Positions 40,274-51,132 of a stretch of DNA of 64,000 nucleotides are shown one piece after another. Every line of letters starts with the position of its first letter. The stretch's first letter is position 1. Source of the DNA: Dimorphilus gyrociliatus (Eukaryota; Animalia; Annelida); assembly GCA_904063045.1 (NCBI GenBank), contig CAJFCJ010000009.1:228942-292941 (forward strand), in the 5' to 3' direction. The translations under genes were made by a program, and so were the position numbers. The notes beneath the pieces were generated by a model. That model did not search any database and had not been told where the DNA came from. It was given only the letters and a program-made list of their open reading frames with translations.

Positions 40274-40996
40274 ATGCTTCCAACGGAGACATCTACTGCG
40301 ATTTCAACTGCTCGCGATGTTATCAGTAATATTAAATTTCATCAAATTTTACTTTTAGGATTAGATGATAACGACAAAATGAACATTTTAAAGAAAATTA
40401 AGCAAGATGATAATCTTCTTCCGGTAACTTCTATTGGCTTCATTGTTGAAACAATTCAAATTACAGATAATTTAAGTTTTAATATATTCTGTATTGGAGA
40501 AAAGTTTCACATCAATGTACTCTGGCCACACTATTTGCAAAGTTGTAAAGGTTTGCTCAGTAATAATTATCAATTTCTTTTTCCTATTTGAAATTACTCA
40601 AAGGATTGCTGTTTGTAATTGATTGCCACCGGACTAATTTATTACAAACTGCCTTAGGAAAATTCTCTGAACTGATGGAAATTGAATTTTCAAGGAATAT
40701 TCCTATAGTTATTATGGCAAATAATCCTGATTTACCAGGTTAATAATCAATTTTTTATGCTTTTCTAAATAATAGGCATGACTATACTGTATATTTTTTT
40801 TTTAGACGCAATATCCTGTGATAATCTTTTGCAAAGACTCGATTTATCTCATTTCTCAAGTAAATTTCATATACAACCAGTATGCATATCTTCAGGAGAG
40901 GGATTAATCGAAAGTTTTAAAAAATTGGGCGAAATGATCAACAACGAAAAAGTAAAACTAATGAATGATGGAAAAAGTAAAAGTTTTTTTTTATAA
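40274..40996 (+). CDS. Divergent ARF-like protein with degenerate GTP-binding motifs (pseudo-GTPase candidate)
   Basis: Three exons with the same intron positions as the neighbouring ARF-like genes. ILLLGLDDNDKM (G1), IGFIVETI, FCIGEK (G3), MANNPD (G4), HIQPVCISSGEGL. Confidence 0.8.
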
Positions 40997-41613
40997 AAAA
41001 AAAACCTATATAAAGTTATTCTTTATGTTCTATACATTTATAGTGAAAATGCTAATTGTTTTAGTTTTTTATAAACAAGTTTTTTCTGAGTCATGTTATT
41101 GAAGAAAGCCACCTAGATTCAATTTGTAAATAATCATTTCAATATTTCATGTCATAGCAAATTAATCATCAAAACAGAAAAAATATGAAAAATTATAGTT
41201 TTTTAAACTTCTAACATATTTCTTTTGCAAATAAATTTAGTTTTATATGATAATATAATAATTCGATAACTAATGAGTTCCGTCTTTTCGAAGAAATAAT
41301 ATAAAACTACGAAATTGAACGTTAAAGTGTAAATATTTTAACAAATTTATTCGCAACAGTTCGAAAACTTTTTTATTTATCTTAAAAATAATTATTACAT
41401 TGATTAGAGTAGTAAAATAGTGAATATGAAAAAAAAAAAGAAAAATATACCATGGATCCAGTCTAATTTGTTGTGCAATTGGAATTGCCTGTTCTAATTC
41501 CTCCAGCGTGGCGGAGTTTTGATTGGCGTTGTGCAACCTTTCTCTGAAAGAATATAAAAGGAGATTTGGTTCATTTTTCAAATGTTAGCAGTGAATCTGG
41601 ATAGTTGGATAAA

Positions 41614-42304
41614 ATGGGTATACTTTTGTCAAAGATCGCTGATACTTTATATACTGCTTACAGCTTTGTAAATGAATCAAAACCATGTCGAATTTTACTT
41701 TTGGGATTGGATAATGCTGGAAAAACTTCAATTCTTTATAAAGTTAAATTAAAAGAGAATGTTTGCACTATTCCAACCATTGGATTCAATGTAGAAACTG
41801 TTCAACCTGCCAAAGGTCTAAACTTTACGGTTTGGGATGTTGGCGGTCAAAAGAGACTTCGGGCCTTGTGGCATCATTACTATAACGATGCAAGCGGTTT
41901 GTACAAACTATTCTCTTCTTTTAAACTTTGTAAATAAATTGCCATTTAAACAGGCTTAGTCTTCGTCGTTGATTCAAACGATGTTGAAAGAATGGATGAA
42001 GCCAGAGAAGAACTCCATTCCATAATGCAAGATGATAATATGAGACATGTCCCTGTCGTTGTTATGGCCAACAAACAAGATTTGCCTAGTGAGTGGTCAT
42101 TTATGAACATATTTGAATTGTATTTATTTAAATAACATTCATTTTTCAGATGCATTAAGTCCTGAAACTATACTTGACAAACTTCAATTGAGTAGAATCT
42201 CTAAACAGTGGTACATTCAAGCCTGTTGCGCAAACACAGGAGAAGGAATTTGCGAGAGTTTCCTGCAGATGGCAGATCTCATAAAGAGGAATAAACGCTA
42301 TTGA
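41614..42304 (+). CDS. ARF-like small GTPase (ARL11/ARL14-like), copy B
   Basis: MGxxxSK myristoylation start, [35 protein letters not shown]; exons 41614-41896, 41954-42089, 42151-42304 (approx.). Confidence 0.93.
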
Positions 42305-43108
42305 ACAGAAAATACGCGATTTTAAAAGCACACAGATTAACAATAAATACATTGATTTAAGGAATGATATTTCTTGATTGAATGAAATATCATATACGTT
42401 TATTTTGTGTTTTTGTACAAATTGTATCTTTATTTTATGTTCATTCATGTTCCCAGAATTGAATAATTAGTAAACATTATATAAATATATGAACTATTGG
42501 TCAATTTACCAATTTTGCATGTCTATTCTTATTTTTAGTATAATAAAAGGCTTATACTCTTATTATATGTTCTTTAATATCATTTTCCAGTCGGGTAAAA
42601 CAAATATAAGCAAAATTATTGCCAGCGTGTATAATTCAAGCGTGGCAAGGTGCAACCTTTACTAAAACATTCAACTCAACATTCCTTCATAAAGATATTA
42701 AAATTAATAAATGAATCTAATCATTTTCAAATAATATTATAAATGTTGAGAAAGTTGAATTACAGCGAAAAAGTTGAAGTAAAATCAGTTAGTTTTGAAT
42801 ACTCGTATTATATTTGGGTTTAGGCAATCTCTGGCTAAAGAGAAACAATTGACTCTACCATTCGAAAACTAAGGATCAACGAATGTTTTATTTAAAAAAA
42901 GCTTAATGGCCGCAGTTTATGATTAATTTACATATTTTGCTTCCTGAAACTGCCTAAAGCTGTTTGATGACGTGGAGGGTTTTTTATCATACAGTATGTT
43001 ATTAGAATAAACAACATAAATATTTGTGCAACCTTTCTCTGAAAGAATATAAAAGGAGATTTGGTTCATTTTTCAAATGTTTGTAGAGAATCTGGATAGT
43101 TGGATAAA

Positions 43109-43799
43109 ATGGGTATACTTTTGTCAAAGATCGCTGATACTTTATATACTGCTTACAGCTTTGTAAATGAATCAAAACCATGTCGAATTTTACTTTTGGG
43201 ATTGGATAATGCTGGAAAAACTTCAATTCTTTATAAAGTTAAATTAAAAGAGAATGTTTGCACTATTCCAACCGTGGGATTCAATGTAGAAACTGTTCAA
43301 CCTACCAGAGGTTTAAACTTTACGGTTTGGGATGTTGGCGGTGGATGTAAAATGCGAGCATTGTTTTATCATTACTATCACGATGCAAGCGGTTTGTACA
43401 AACTATTCTCTTCTTTTAAACTTTGTAAATAAATTGCCATTTAAACAGGCTTAGTCTTCGTCGTTGACTCAAGCGATGTTGAAAGAATGGATGAAGCCAG
43501 AGAATTTTTGCATTCCATAGTGCAAGATGATAATATGAGGCATGTCCCTGTCGTTGTTATGGCCAACAAACAAGATTTGCCTAGTGAGTGGTCATTTATG
43601 AACATATTTGAATTGTATTTATTTAAATAACATTCATTTTTCAGATGCATTAAGTCCTGAAACTATACGTGACAAACTTCAATTGAGTGAAATTTCTAAA
43701 CAGTGGTACATTCAAGCCTGTAGCGTAAAGACAGGAGAAGGAATTAGCGAGAGTTTCCTGCAGATGGCAGATCTCATAAAGAGGAATGAATGCAACTGA
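43109..43799 (+). CDS. ARF-like small GTPase, copy C (switch-II Gln to Gly)
   Basis: Paralog of copy B; G3 reads WDVGGGC; intact splice sites and frame. Confidence 0.92.
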
Positions 43800-45433
43800 A
43801 CAGTAAATAGACGATTTTAATAGTTTACAAATTTACTATAAATACATTGATTTAAGGAATGATATTTCTTGATTGAATGAAATATCATATACGTTTATTT
43901 TGTGTTTTTGTACAAATTGTATCTTTATTTTATGTTCATTCATGTTCACAGAATTGAAAAAAAAATTTCTTACCCAATGACTCAGAGAGTTTACGGGTTT
44001 TTTTCTCTATCAGAATATACTGAAAAGGTTGTCGACGGTACTCCTTTCAACGTGGCAAATTATATAATACTGATTAATTGTCCCAGTAAAAATACCCTGC
44101 ATAGGTATGTTATTTCGGAAAAGAGAAAGAATACTAAGGTTTATGTATAATAGTCCTAATTTTAGAAAATATTGCTAAAGCGTTTTCTTTAAATTGTGGT
44201 CCTATGAATGATTGTGAACCTAGTGAAAAATGAACCCTATCAATGGCAATTAAGAGAATATCTTAGCAATTCTTTAGATAACTTTATATAGATTTCATTT
44301 TCGTTGCTGATTCGATCGACGTTGAAAGAAACATAAATTTCTGCAGAAGATGATAGAGAGATTAAAATTTTAGATTAATTAAAGATTTTTTTTTGTATTT
44401 TTGTTTAGATTATTAAAAATTGTCTTGAAAATAATTTAGACTGTCTATCTTGAAAAAAAAACAACCTTTATTGTTTAAAAATAAATGTACTACGAATCCA
44501 GTCTAATCCGTTAAGGAAATTGAATTGGCGCGAAAATAATAGTTTATGCAATATCTTCCAACGTGGTTCAATATTATATGTCGGTGTAGAAACGTGCAAG
44601 TCTAATGTTGTCCTTTTAACAAAAAAGTATAAGCTAATTGAAGAGTTCACTGTTTTATGAATCAGAAATTGAGTTCGACAGCTATATCATTATCATCTGA
44701 TTTTATCATCAATTTAATAGTGATAACTTGAAAAACACGTACATTTTGAAGCAAAATGCAATGATAGACTGTATTTCGCATTTTAATAATCTTTTCTCTG
44801 TTAAAGGAAAAGTTGTGCACTCTTCAAATTACATATTGAAGATGGTGCAAAGACGTTTAACATACACGTTTATTATTAATATTAACAAATTGTCAAATCA
44901 ATTTACACTACATATTATCATCCATCTATTAATCATCCGCAATTGAAATAAATAGAAGAAATGAACAGAATGGTATGTATTACATAGATTTAACATCAAA
45001 TTGTAAATTCTACATCGTATTTAGTCATTTATATTAAACTTGAAAACAAGTATACTAACTTTAATTTAAGTTTAAAGCATTAAAAAAAAATGACTGTAAA
45101 TTTATATCACAGTACTGTCCTACTTCTACAAAATTGAATGATTAGAAGGAATGTTAGATTCTTTTGTTGACTAGACTTTTTTTAACTGCTCTGCGGAGAG
45201 GAGGCAACTAATTTGAATAATATCTAGCCTAGAAATGATGATAATCATCAAATTTCTAATGAGAGAAGGCGGAAAAAGGAAAATGATACATTAACAAAAT
45301 GACCAGATTTATATCTTGCTTAAATCTAGAATTTAATCTTAAACTAATATATTATGTAGAAGATTTGACTTTTTTTTGAGACAAAATAGATTGGATTAAG
45401 TTATTTCACTCGGAATGAAAATAAGAAGATAAT

Positions 45434-47150
45434 TTATCTTAAGTCGGCGTCTCCTTCGATTCCTTTCTTAATCTTCAACAAAATTGCAGTATACCATTGA
45501 TCCAGACGAGAAATACTATCGTATTCCTTAACAGCATCCGCAAAATTATCGGGATTGCTATCTTCAATAGCTTCAATCAGTTTCTATTTGAAAAGATTTA
45601 TTAGTATAAATGTATACTTTAACATTTCTCAGTGAAAGTCCACTGATTTGTTTTTTAGCAATAGGGCGAAAATTAAAGATAAGCATAGATTATTAAGCAA
45701 ACCTTCAAAAGTTTAGCTTCCCTTTTGTCAGCGAATGATGGCATCATCTTTTCGTACTTTTCAAGAGCAGTATTTGCATCGGTAACATCTTTATCCATGG
45801 CTAATCTACATAGAGCTGCTTTGAATAAATGATCTGCTGCGCTGTATTTTAGAAGCTGATTTCCTAACACAGCTTGAGCAATCTAAAGAGGACGGCAATA
45901 GGAAAAAGAGAAATAGAGAAAGAAAATATTATAAAAGCCAAAATTATTAAATCTTTGTTAAAGGAAATATCGCAATTAGGATTTAAAGAAGCGCCAATTA
46001 TAGTTTGCGAAAGCTTTTACTATCTACCTTTATAAATTTAAACTCTTTTGTACTGGAAAGTATCAGATAGATCTTCTGATACTTTTCCATAGCTATTTCA
46101 GTATCAATATGATCTTGTATTAGCCTAATCAGTAACGCTCGAAAGAAATATTCTGGTGCTCCGTATGACGTTAATTTTGTGTTTAGACTTTTCTTTCCTA
46201 TCTTTTTATCACAAAATGTAGATAGGGAGAATTGTTTTCTTACATTAGAAATTATGAAAAAACTTACTGTTTCGTAAATGTCAATTGCCTTTTCGTATTG
46301 TTCCATTTGAGCGGCATATTGCGCAACCTTTAATAAGCATTTGTTGGCCGAACTGTTTGATTCTTCTCCTTTGTAATAGTCTGCAGCTTGTTCATAATGA
46401 GTAATTGCTTTTTCAATATCAATCATATCATTTTCAAAGATTTCAGCGATGGTTATGTGATGTTTAGCCGCGATAGTAAATTTACCCATATCAGTGTATA
46501 TTTCAATGGCTTTCGTTATACAAGAAACTGCCTCTATTGATGGAGAAGAATAGTAGGTAAAAGCTAAATATCGCTAAGTGTTACATTAAAACAATTAACT
46601 AACCATTAACGTCACACTTTTTGTAAGCGTTTCCAGCATCGACGTAGTGGGATGCTGCTTCGTGTTTACTATTCAATTTTAAGTAAATCTGAGCCGATTG
46701 AGAGAAGGCTTTTCCCGCTCCTAATGGAGTAAACGTTTAAAAAAATCTCTTCCAAAGTGTTAATATTTAATATTAAATTATTATTTACCATTCCAGTTTT
46801 TAGCCATTTTAAACGAGTTTGCAGCTCTATCATATAATTCAGCAGCTTCTTCGGACTTGGAAGAACCCCTTTGATTTATCGAAATAATTAACTTTTACTT
46901 TATTAAATAGAATAAAGTTATTGAATATCATATTTAGATTTATTTTACTGTAACTTTAAATTTATCTATATAAGTTTATTATAGTTAAAATAATTTTTTT
47001 TCATTTCATACTATATTCTAATCAATACACTAAGGATATTATAAATATCAAATGAGATATTTACCCAAACATCCCGAAAATACCTCCAGATTTCGTCTTC
47101 TTTTCGGCTTGCGCCATTAAATCTTGCGCCTTTTTCTCGTGATCACCCAT
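45434..47150 (-). CDS. NAPA: Alpha-soluble NSF attachment protein (alpha-SNAP) with a duplicated internal exon
   Basis: [62 protein letters not shown]-terminal DLR. Homologous exons at 46201-46028 and 45882-45703. Confidence 0.97.
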
Positions 47151-47895
47151 TTTCTTTCGCTGACTTTCCTCTTTCAATTCTTAAATGCAACAAATTTGGT
47201 ATATTGAGAAATATAATAACAATATTGCATACGCATGCGCGTCAAGTCATCCCTTTCCGCTTCCGAAGGAATATTTAAAATTCTATTGAAATTATTTAAG
47301 AATTAGAAATATATATGCCTAAAAAATTGACAACAAGAACTAAATAATAAATGCTTTATTCATATTTCTTTTCATTAATTAGAATAACGATTCTGTATCT
47401 GGAACAAATTTTATCTTGACTAAATAAGAGGGGAATTCATAACCCCTTTTCTAGTCTTTCAAAGCAAAAGCAAGAGAATATTCGAAAATGGCCGTCAATA
47501 ATAATTTTCTCACAGCTCCATTTGTTTACTAACTTTATTTAAATAGTAAGCAAATGCATTTTATTCAGTACTTTTCAAATAAAATAACATAAGCCTAAAT
47601 CAAGCTAAGTAGTAGATATAAAGATATTATAATGACTAATTGACACGCTGCACCCTAAAAACATCAACATAGGTGGAAAAATCGAATTTAACTTGAATGA
47701 AAATTGATATTTACCGTTTGTTTTCATTGAAAAATATCGTGTATAAAAGGTTTCTCCGTAAATTTCTATTGAGGTAATAAAAGCATTTGTTGTCAATTCG
47801 ATTCGTTTTTTCATTCAACAATCATCAATAGAGGAGAAATTTGTTTGACTTTTCTTTTAAAAGAAATTATTAAAAAATTTATTCAAGTTACACGA

Positions 47896-48366
47896 ATGTT
47901 CTTTTTTAAACGAAAATCAGAAAAGAAGTTGATTAATGAAGAAAATCCAGGAACAATTATTAATTCTGAATGTTTAATAGTAGAATTAAAACGATCTATT
48001 AAAGATTTGAATAAGAAAGATATGGGAGAAAGAAAAATGAATGGTATTGGATTTAGCAAAGATAATGCTCTATTAGCGACAGGATTATCTATAGAATATG
48101 AAATACCCCCTAAAGAGAGGATGGAATTAGAAGAATACACCGCAGAGACAAGCCCAAAAGAGCATTTAAGAATATTATCTTTATTTAGACAATTATTGGT
48201 GTTTGAAGAAAACCCGGCGAAACTTCCTCAACTATTAAAATCATGCATTCTTCGAGTGATTGAAGAAAGATCGAAAAAGGAGAAATTTAGCTATCGATTA
48301 AATAAAACAGTTGCAAATTTAAAGAAAATATCGCCATCTTGTAAAATAACACCTTTAAATTATTAA
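47896..48366 (+). CDS. Hypothetical protein (about 156 aa)
   Basis: Single 471-bp ORF with charged, helical composition; no recognised family. Confidence 0.55.
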   Translation: MFFFKRKSEKKLINEENPGTIINSECLIVELKRSIKDLNKKDMGERKMNGIGFSKDNALLATGLSIEYEIPPKERMELEEYTAETSPKEHLRILSLFRQLLVFEENPAKLPQLLKSCILRVIEERSKKEKFSYRLNKTVANLKKISPSCKITPLNY

Positions 48367-48644
48367 TGAGTATTATTAAAATTATTATAAATACAAGAAA
48401 AGTAAACGATCTGTTTAGTAAACAGTACAATAAGGTTTATCTACTTCTGTTCAAACTTTATAAACTTTATGCGAGGGCAAAATATAAAGCACACAATAGG
48501 CATATTTTCAGAGAACTTTCTAGGTTTTTGTTCTTTTTCCATTCTTTTTTTCTTTCTTTCTTTCTTTAACGTTTGTTCATCATACTATTTACACGTTATT
48601 GTCTTGATTTACATAGTAATATTTAATATAAGATTAGATAACAT

Positions 48645-48911
48645 TTAATAAAGATATATCTTGGTTCTATGAACATCTTTATCAGAACATTCTCTGGTTT
48701 TGTTAAAATAATAAAAAAAACCGTCTCTTCTCTTAAGCTTCTTTATCCAGCCATTATGTTCCCACCTATCAGGATTTTCTTCCAATCCGTTGATTTGTAG
48801 ATAATCTCTTTCGTCTCTGTAACCAGCCAGTTGAAACCTATATGCTTCTTCTACGGTTTCGTCCCAAGATTTTGGTCGTCGCATAGATTTAGGATTGGCT
48901 GTGGCAGACAT
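48645..48911 (-). CDS. MEIG1: Meiosis expressed gene 1 protein
   Basis: [15 protein letters not shown].., [30 protein letters not shown] matches recalled MEIG1 across its 88 aa. Confidence 0.95.
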   Translation of the reverse strand: MSATANPKSMRRPKSWDETVEEAYRFQLAGYRDERDYLQINGLEENPDRWEHNGWIKKLKRRDGFFYYFNKTRECSDKDVHRTKIYLY

Positions 48912-49000
48912 TCTTTCAATTTAATGTGGAAGAGGCTTGAATAGCTATTATATTGTCAATAACCGATTTGCCAGCCGATTGGAGTTGACTAGTTTGTTTC

Positions 49001-49014
49001 GTTGCTAAGACAAC
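49001..49014. promoter_or_regulatory. RFX X-box upstream of MEIG1
   Basis: GTTGCTAAGACAAC, a near-palindromic X-box 90 bp upstream of the MEIG1 ATG. Adjacent E-box GTCACGTGAC (49025-49034) and YY1-like AAGATGGCG. Confidence 0.6.
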
Positions 49015-49667
49015 ATAAAAATGTTGTCACGTGACAGGAAGTCATCAGTGACGGCGAATATTTAAGATGGCGATGTTTAGCAGCTGATAAATAATACTAG
49101 TTTTTGATACATAAAAAGCATATGAATTAAATTAAATCCTATAAAGGTATTTATAATTTTATCTAAGCATTCCTCTGCCATTTTTATTGATTTTTTCCTA
49201 TAATCAAAAGAATTATTAAATTTCTCTACTTAATATTCTTACTTTCAATTTACGCCCTCCTCATAAAATATTAGCTTTTAAACTCTTTTAGAAATACTAA
49301 TATATTACTATAGTTATCTGGTATGTATATTGAGCCTTATTAACAAACAATTTGAGAATGATTCGTGGAATAAAAAAATATAGAGCATTGTATTGTTTAT
49401 GTTTATTCTATTTTCATCATACAATTTCGCTTATAAAAAAAAAACTGCTGATGAATCAGTTTTATAGTTCGGGATATTTAAATTTTTATATTGAAAGCTA
49501 GTGAGTGTGATCCAGCTATATAAAATCTCATCTATCTAAGATCTACATTTCATGAGTGAACATTTCTGTTTGGACCTTGAAAGTGCTAATGATCTGTGCT
49601 GCTTATTTAAAACCTTCAGAAATTGTCTTGTTAACCCATGTAATTTGTTGTGACATGGAAATTTCAG

Positions 49668-50633
49668 ATGACAACCGACCATAACCCCGAATTCGTTCCA
49701 GGTGCACCTGAAAAAAGACGAGCACAAGACGAAAAAGGAAGCGATAAAAAAAAAATGGTTCTGCTGAATAGAGCACAAAGCTTGATTGTTTGGTCCCTTG
49801 AAAATAGGAGGAATTATACACCTTCTCTACGCCAGCCCCACGATGTCAGTTAGTATTCGAAATTTTATCATTTCGTTTCAAAGAAGTTCTGACAAATTAC
49901 CTTGACCTTAGCTTTTACGGAGAAAGGAGAATTATTGGTAACCGATGGCCTCTGGCCTCATTCATCAATTAAGCTCTTTAATCCATCATCTGTAAGACCG
50001 AAATGTTTCTTCAGTGGCAAAATTCTTCCCTTTGGTATAGAACCTCTAGATGCGAATACAGTTTTGGCATCCGATCATCATTCTCGATCTATTTTTAAGT
50101 GTGACCTTGAAATGTCACATTTGAAACAGTGGTCGGATTACAATTTCTCATGGCCTCTGGGTGTATCAAAGTGTGCCGACAGAATATATGTCGCTGATTC
50201 AGAGCAGAATGCTATAATTGTTTTAGATGATGGTGGCAATTTCGTATCGTCATTCTCCACAAAATCAATGCAAAGACCTGAATATTTGGCAGTCTCAAAC
50301 GATGTAATTTTTGTGACTGATTCTATGACGAAATGTATCCAAACATTCGATACGGGTACCGGAACTTATCTTGGTTCTATTGGGAAAAGCCAATTTAAAG
50401 TTCCAAAAGGTATTGCATTTAGAAATAAGAAGCAACTGGTTGTTGCAGATTGGCTTGGAGATAAAATTTATTTGTTATCTTTAACTGGAAACAAATTGTT
50501 GGAAAGTATGATTTGTTTGGAAGATGAAATCTCATATCCGCGAGGCCTGTCTGTCAGAAATGATATTATAGGAGTCAGTCAGCAGAAACTAAAAGCACCT
50601 CCAGCTCTGAAACTAATAGAGATTAGAATTTGA
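49668..50633 (+). CDS. NHL-repeat beta-propeller protein (TRIM/NHL-like propeller only)
   Basis: Joining 49668-49848 to 49912-50633 restores the first repeat LRQPHDVTFTEKGELLVTD. Further repeats: PFGI, WPLGV..IYVAD, RPEYLAV..IFVTD, VPKGIAF..LVVAD, YPRGLSV. The start is uncertain. Confidence 0.8.
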
Positions 50634-51132
50634 AAGGCAGCCATTTTTTATGGCATGGTTAGTAGTTCGATGGATCACAGTTCGAAACGGGTTTACAAAT
50701 CCTTACGGAGCGTGAATGTTTGGGTTTAATGTTAGACTATTATTTATATAAGAGTTACATACACGTACGGTACTTATTACTGTACAATAAATTCTATTAG
50801 TTTTTTTCTCCACATACTGCATATTTTCAGATTTTGTGCAGATAAAACTCTGTTTTTGTGATTTAATTTTGACTGTTTTGTCGTTAAAAATAAACGAAGA
50901 CGTATATATATTATATATATATACTATATTATATAGTTTAGAACACCAATAGATGGCACCACAAATAGGTGATTGCAACCGTAAATTGCGGGTGAATAGG
51001 CCGGCTTTAAAGAATAATCTCTGATTGGATAAAAATTTTCAAGCCACTACCAGTTTTGTTCATACACAGAGGATCGGTCGAATGAGAGGGTGGTTACCTA
51101 GCTACGGATATAGCAAAGTATAACCCAAAAGA

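Larger units (their letters stand above)
41529..43958 (+). repeat. Tandem segmental duplication (about 930-bp units at 41529-42463 and 43024-43958)
   Basis: Identical upstream/TATA region, introns and distal 3' UTR between the two ARF-like copies. Confidence 0.92.

Noticed and set aside
42302-42420. Possible SECIS/selenocysteine read-through after the TGA stops of the ARF copies
   Set aside because: The hairpin is a plain Watson-Crick stem lacking the AUGA/GA quartet geometry and apical AA spacing; the TGA aligns with the normal ARF C-terminus.
47605-47814. Minus-strand 69-aa ORF between alpha-SNAP and the orphan gene
   Set aside because: No family match and no consistent exon chain; likely chance in AT-rich DNA.
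50946-50959. CTCF-like motif CCAATAGATGGCAC (and a similar core near 34857-34868)
   Set aside because: Mismatch to the consensus and equally explained by overlapping CCAAT and YY1-like promoter motifs; not supportable without ChIP data.
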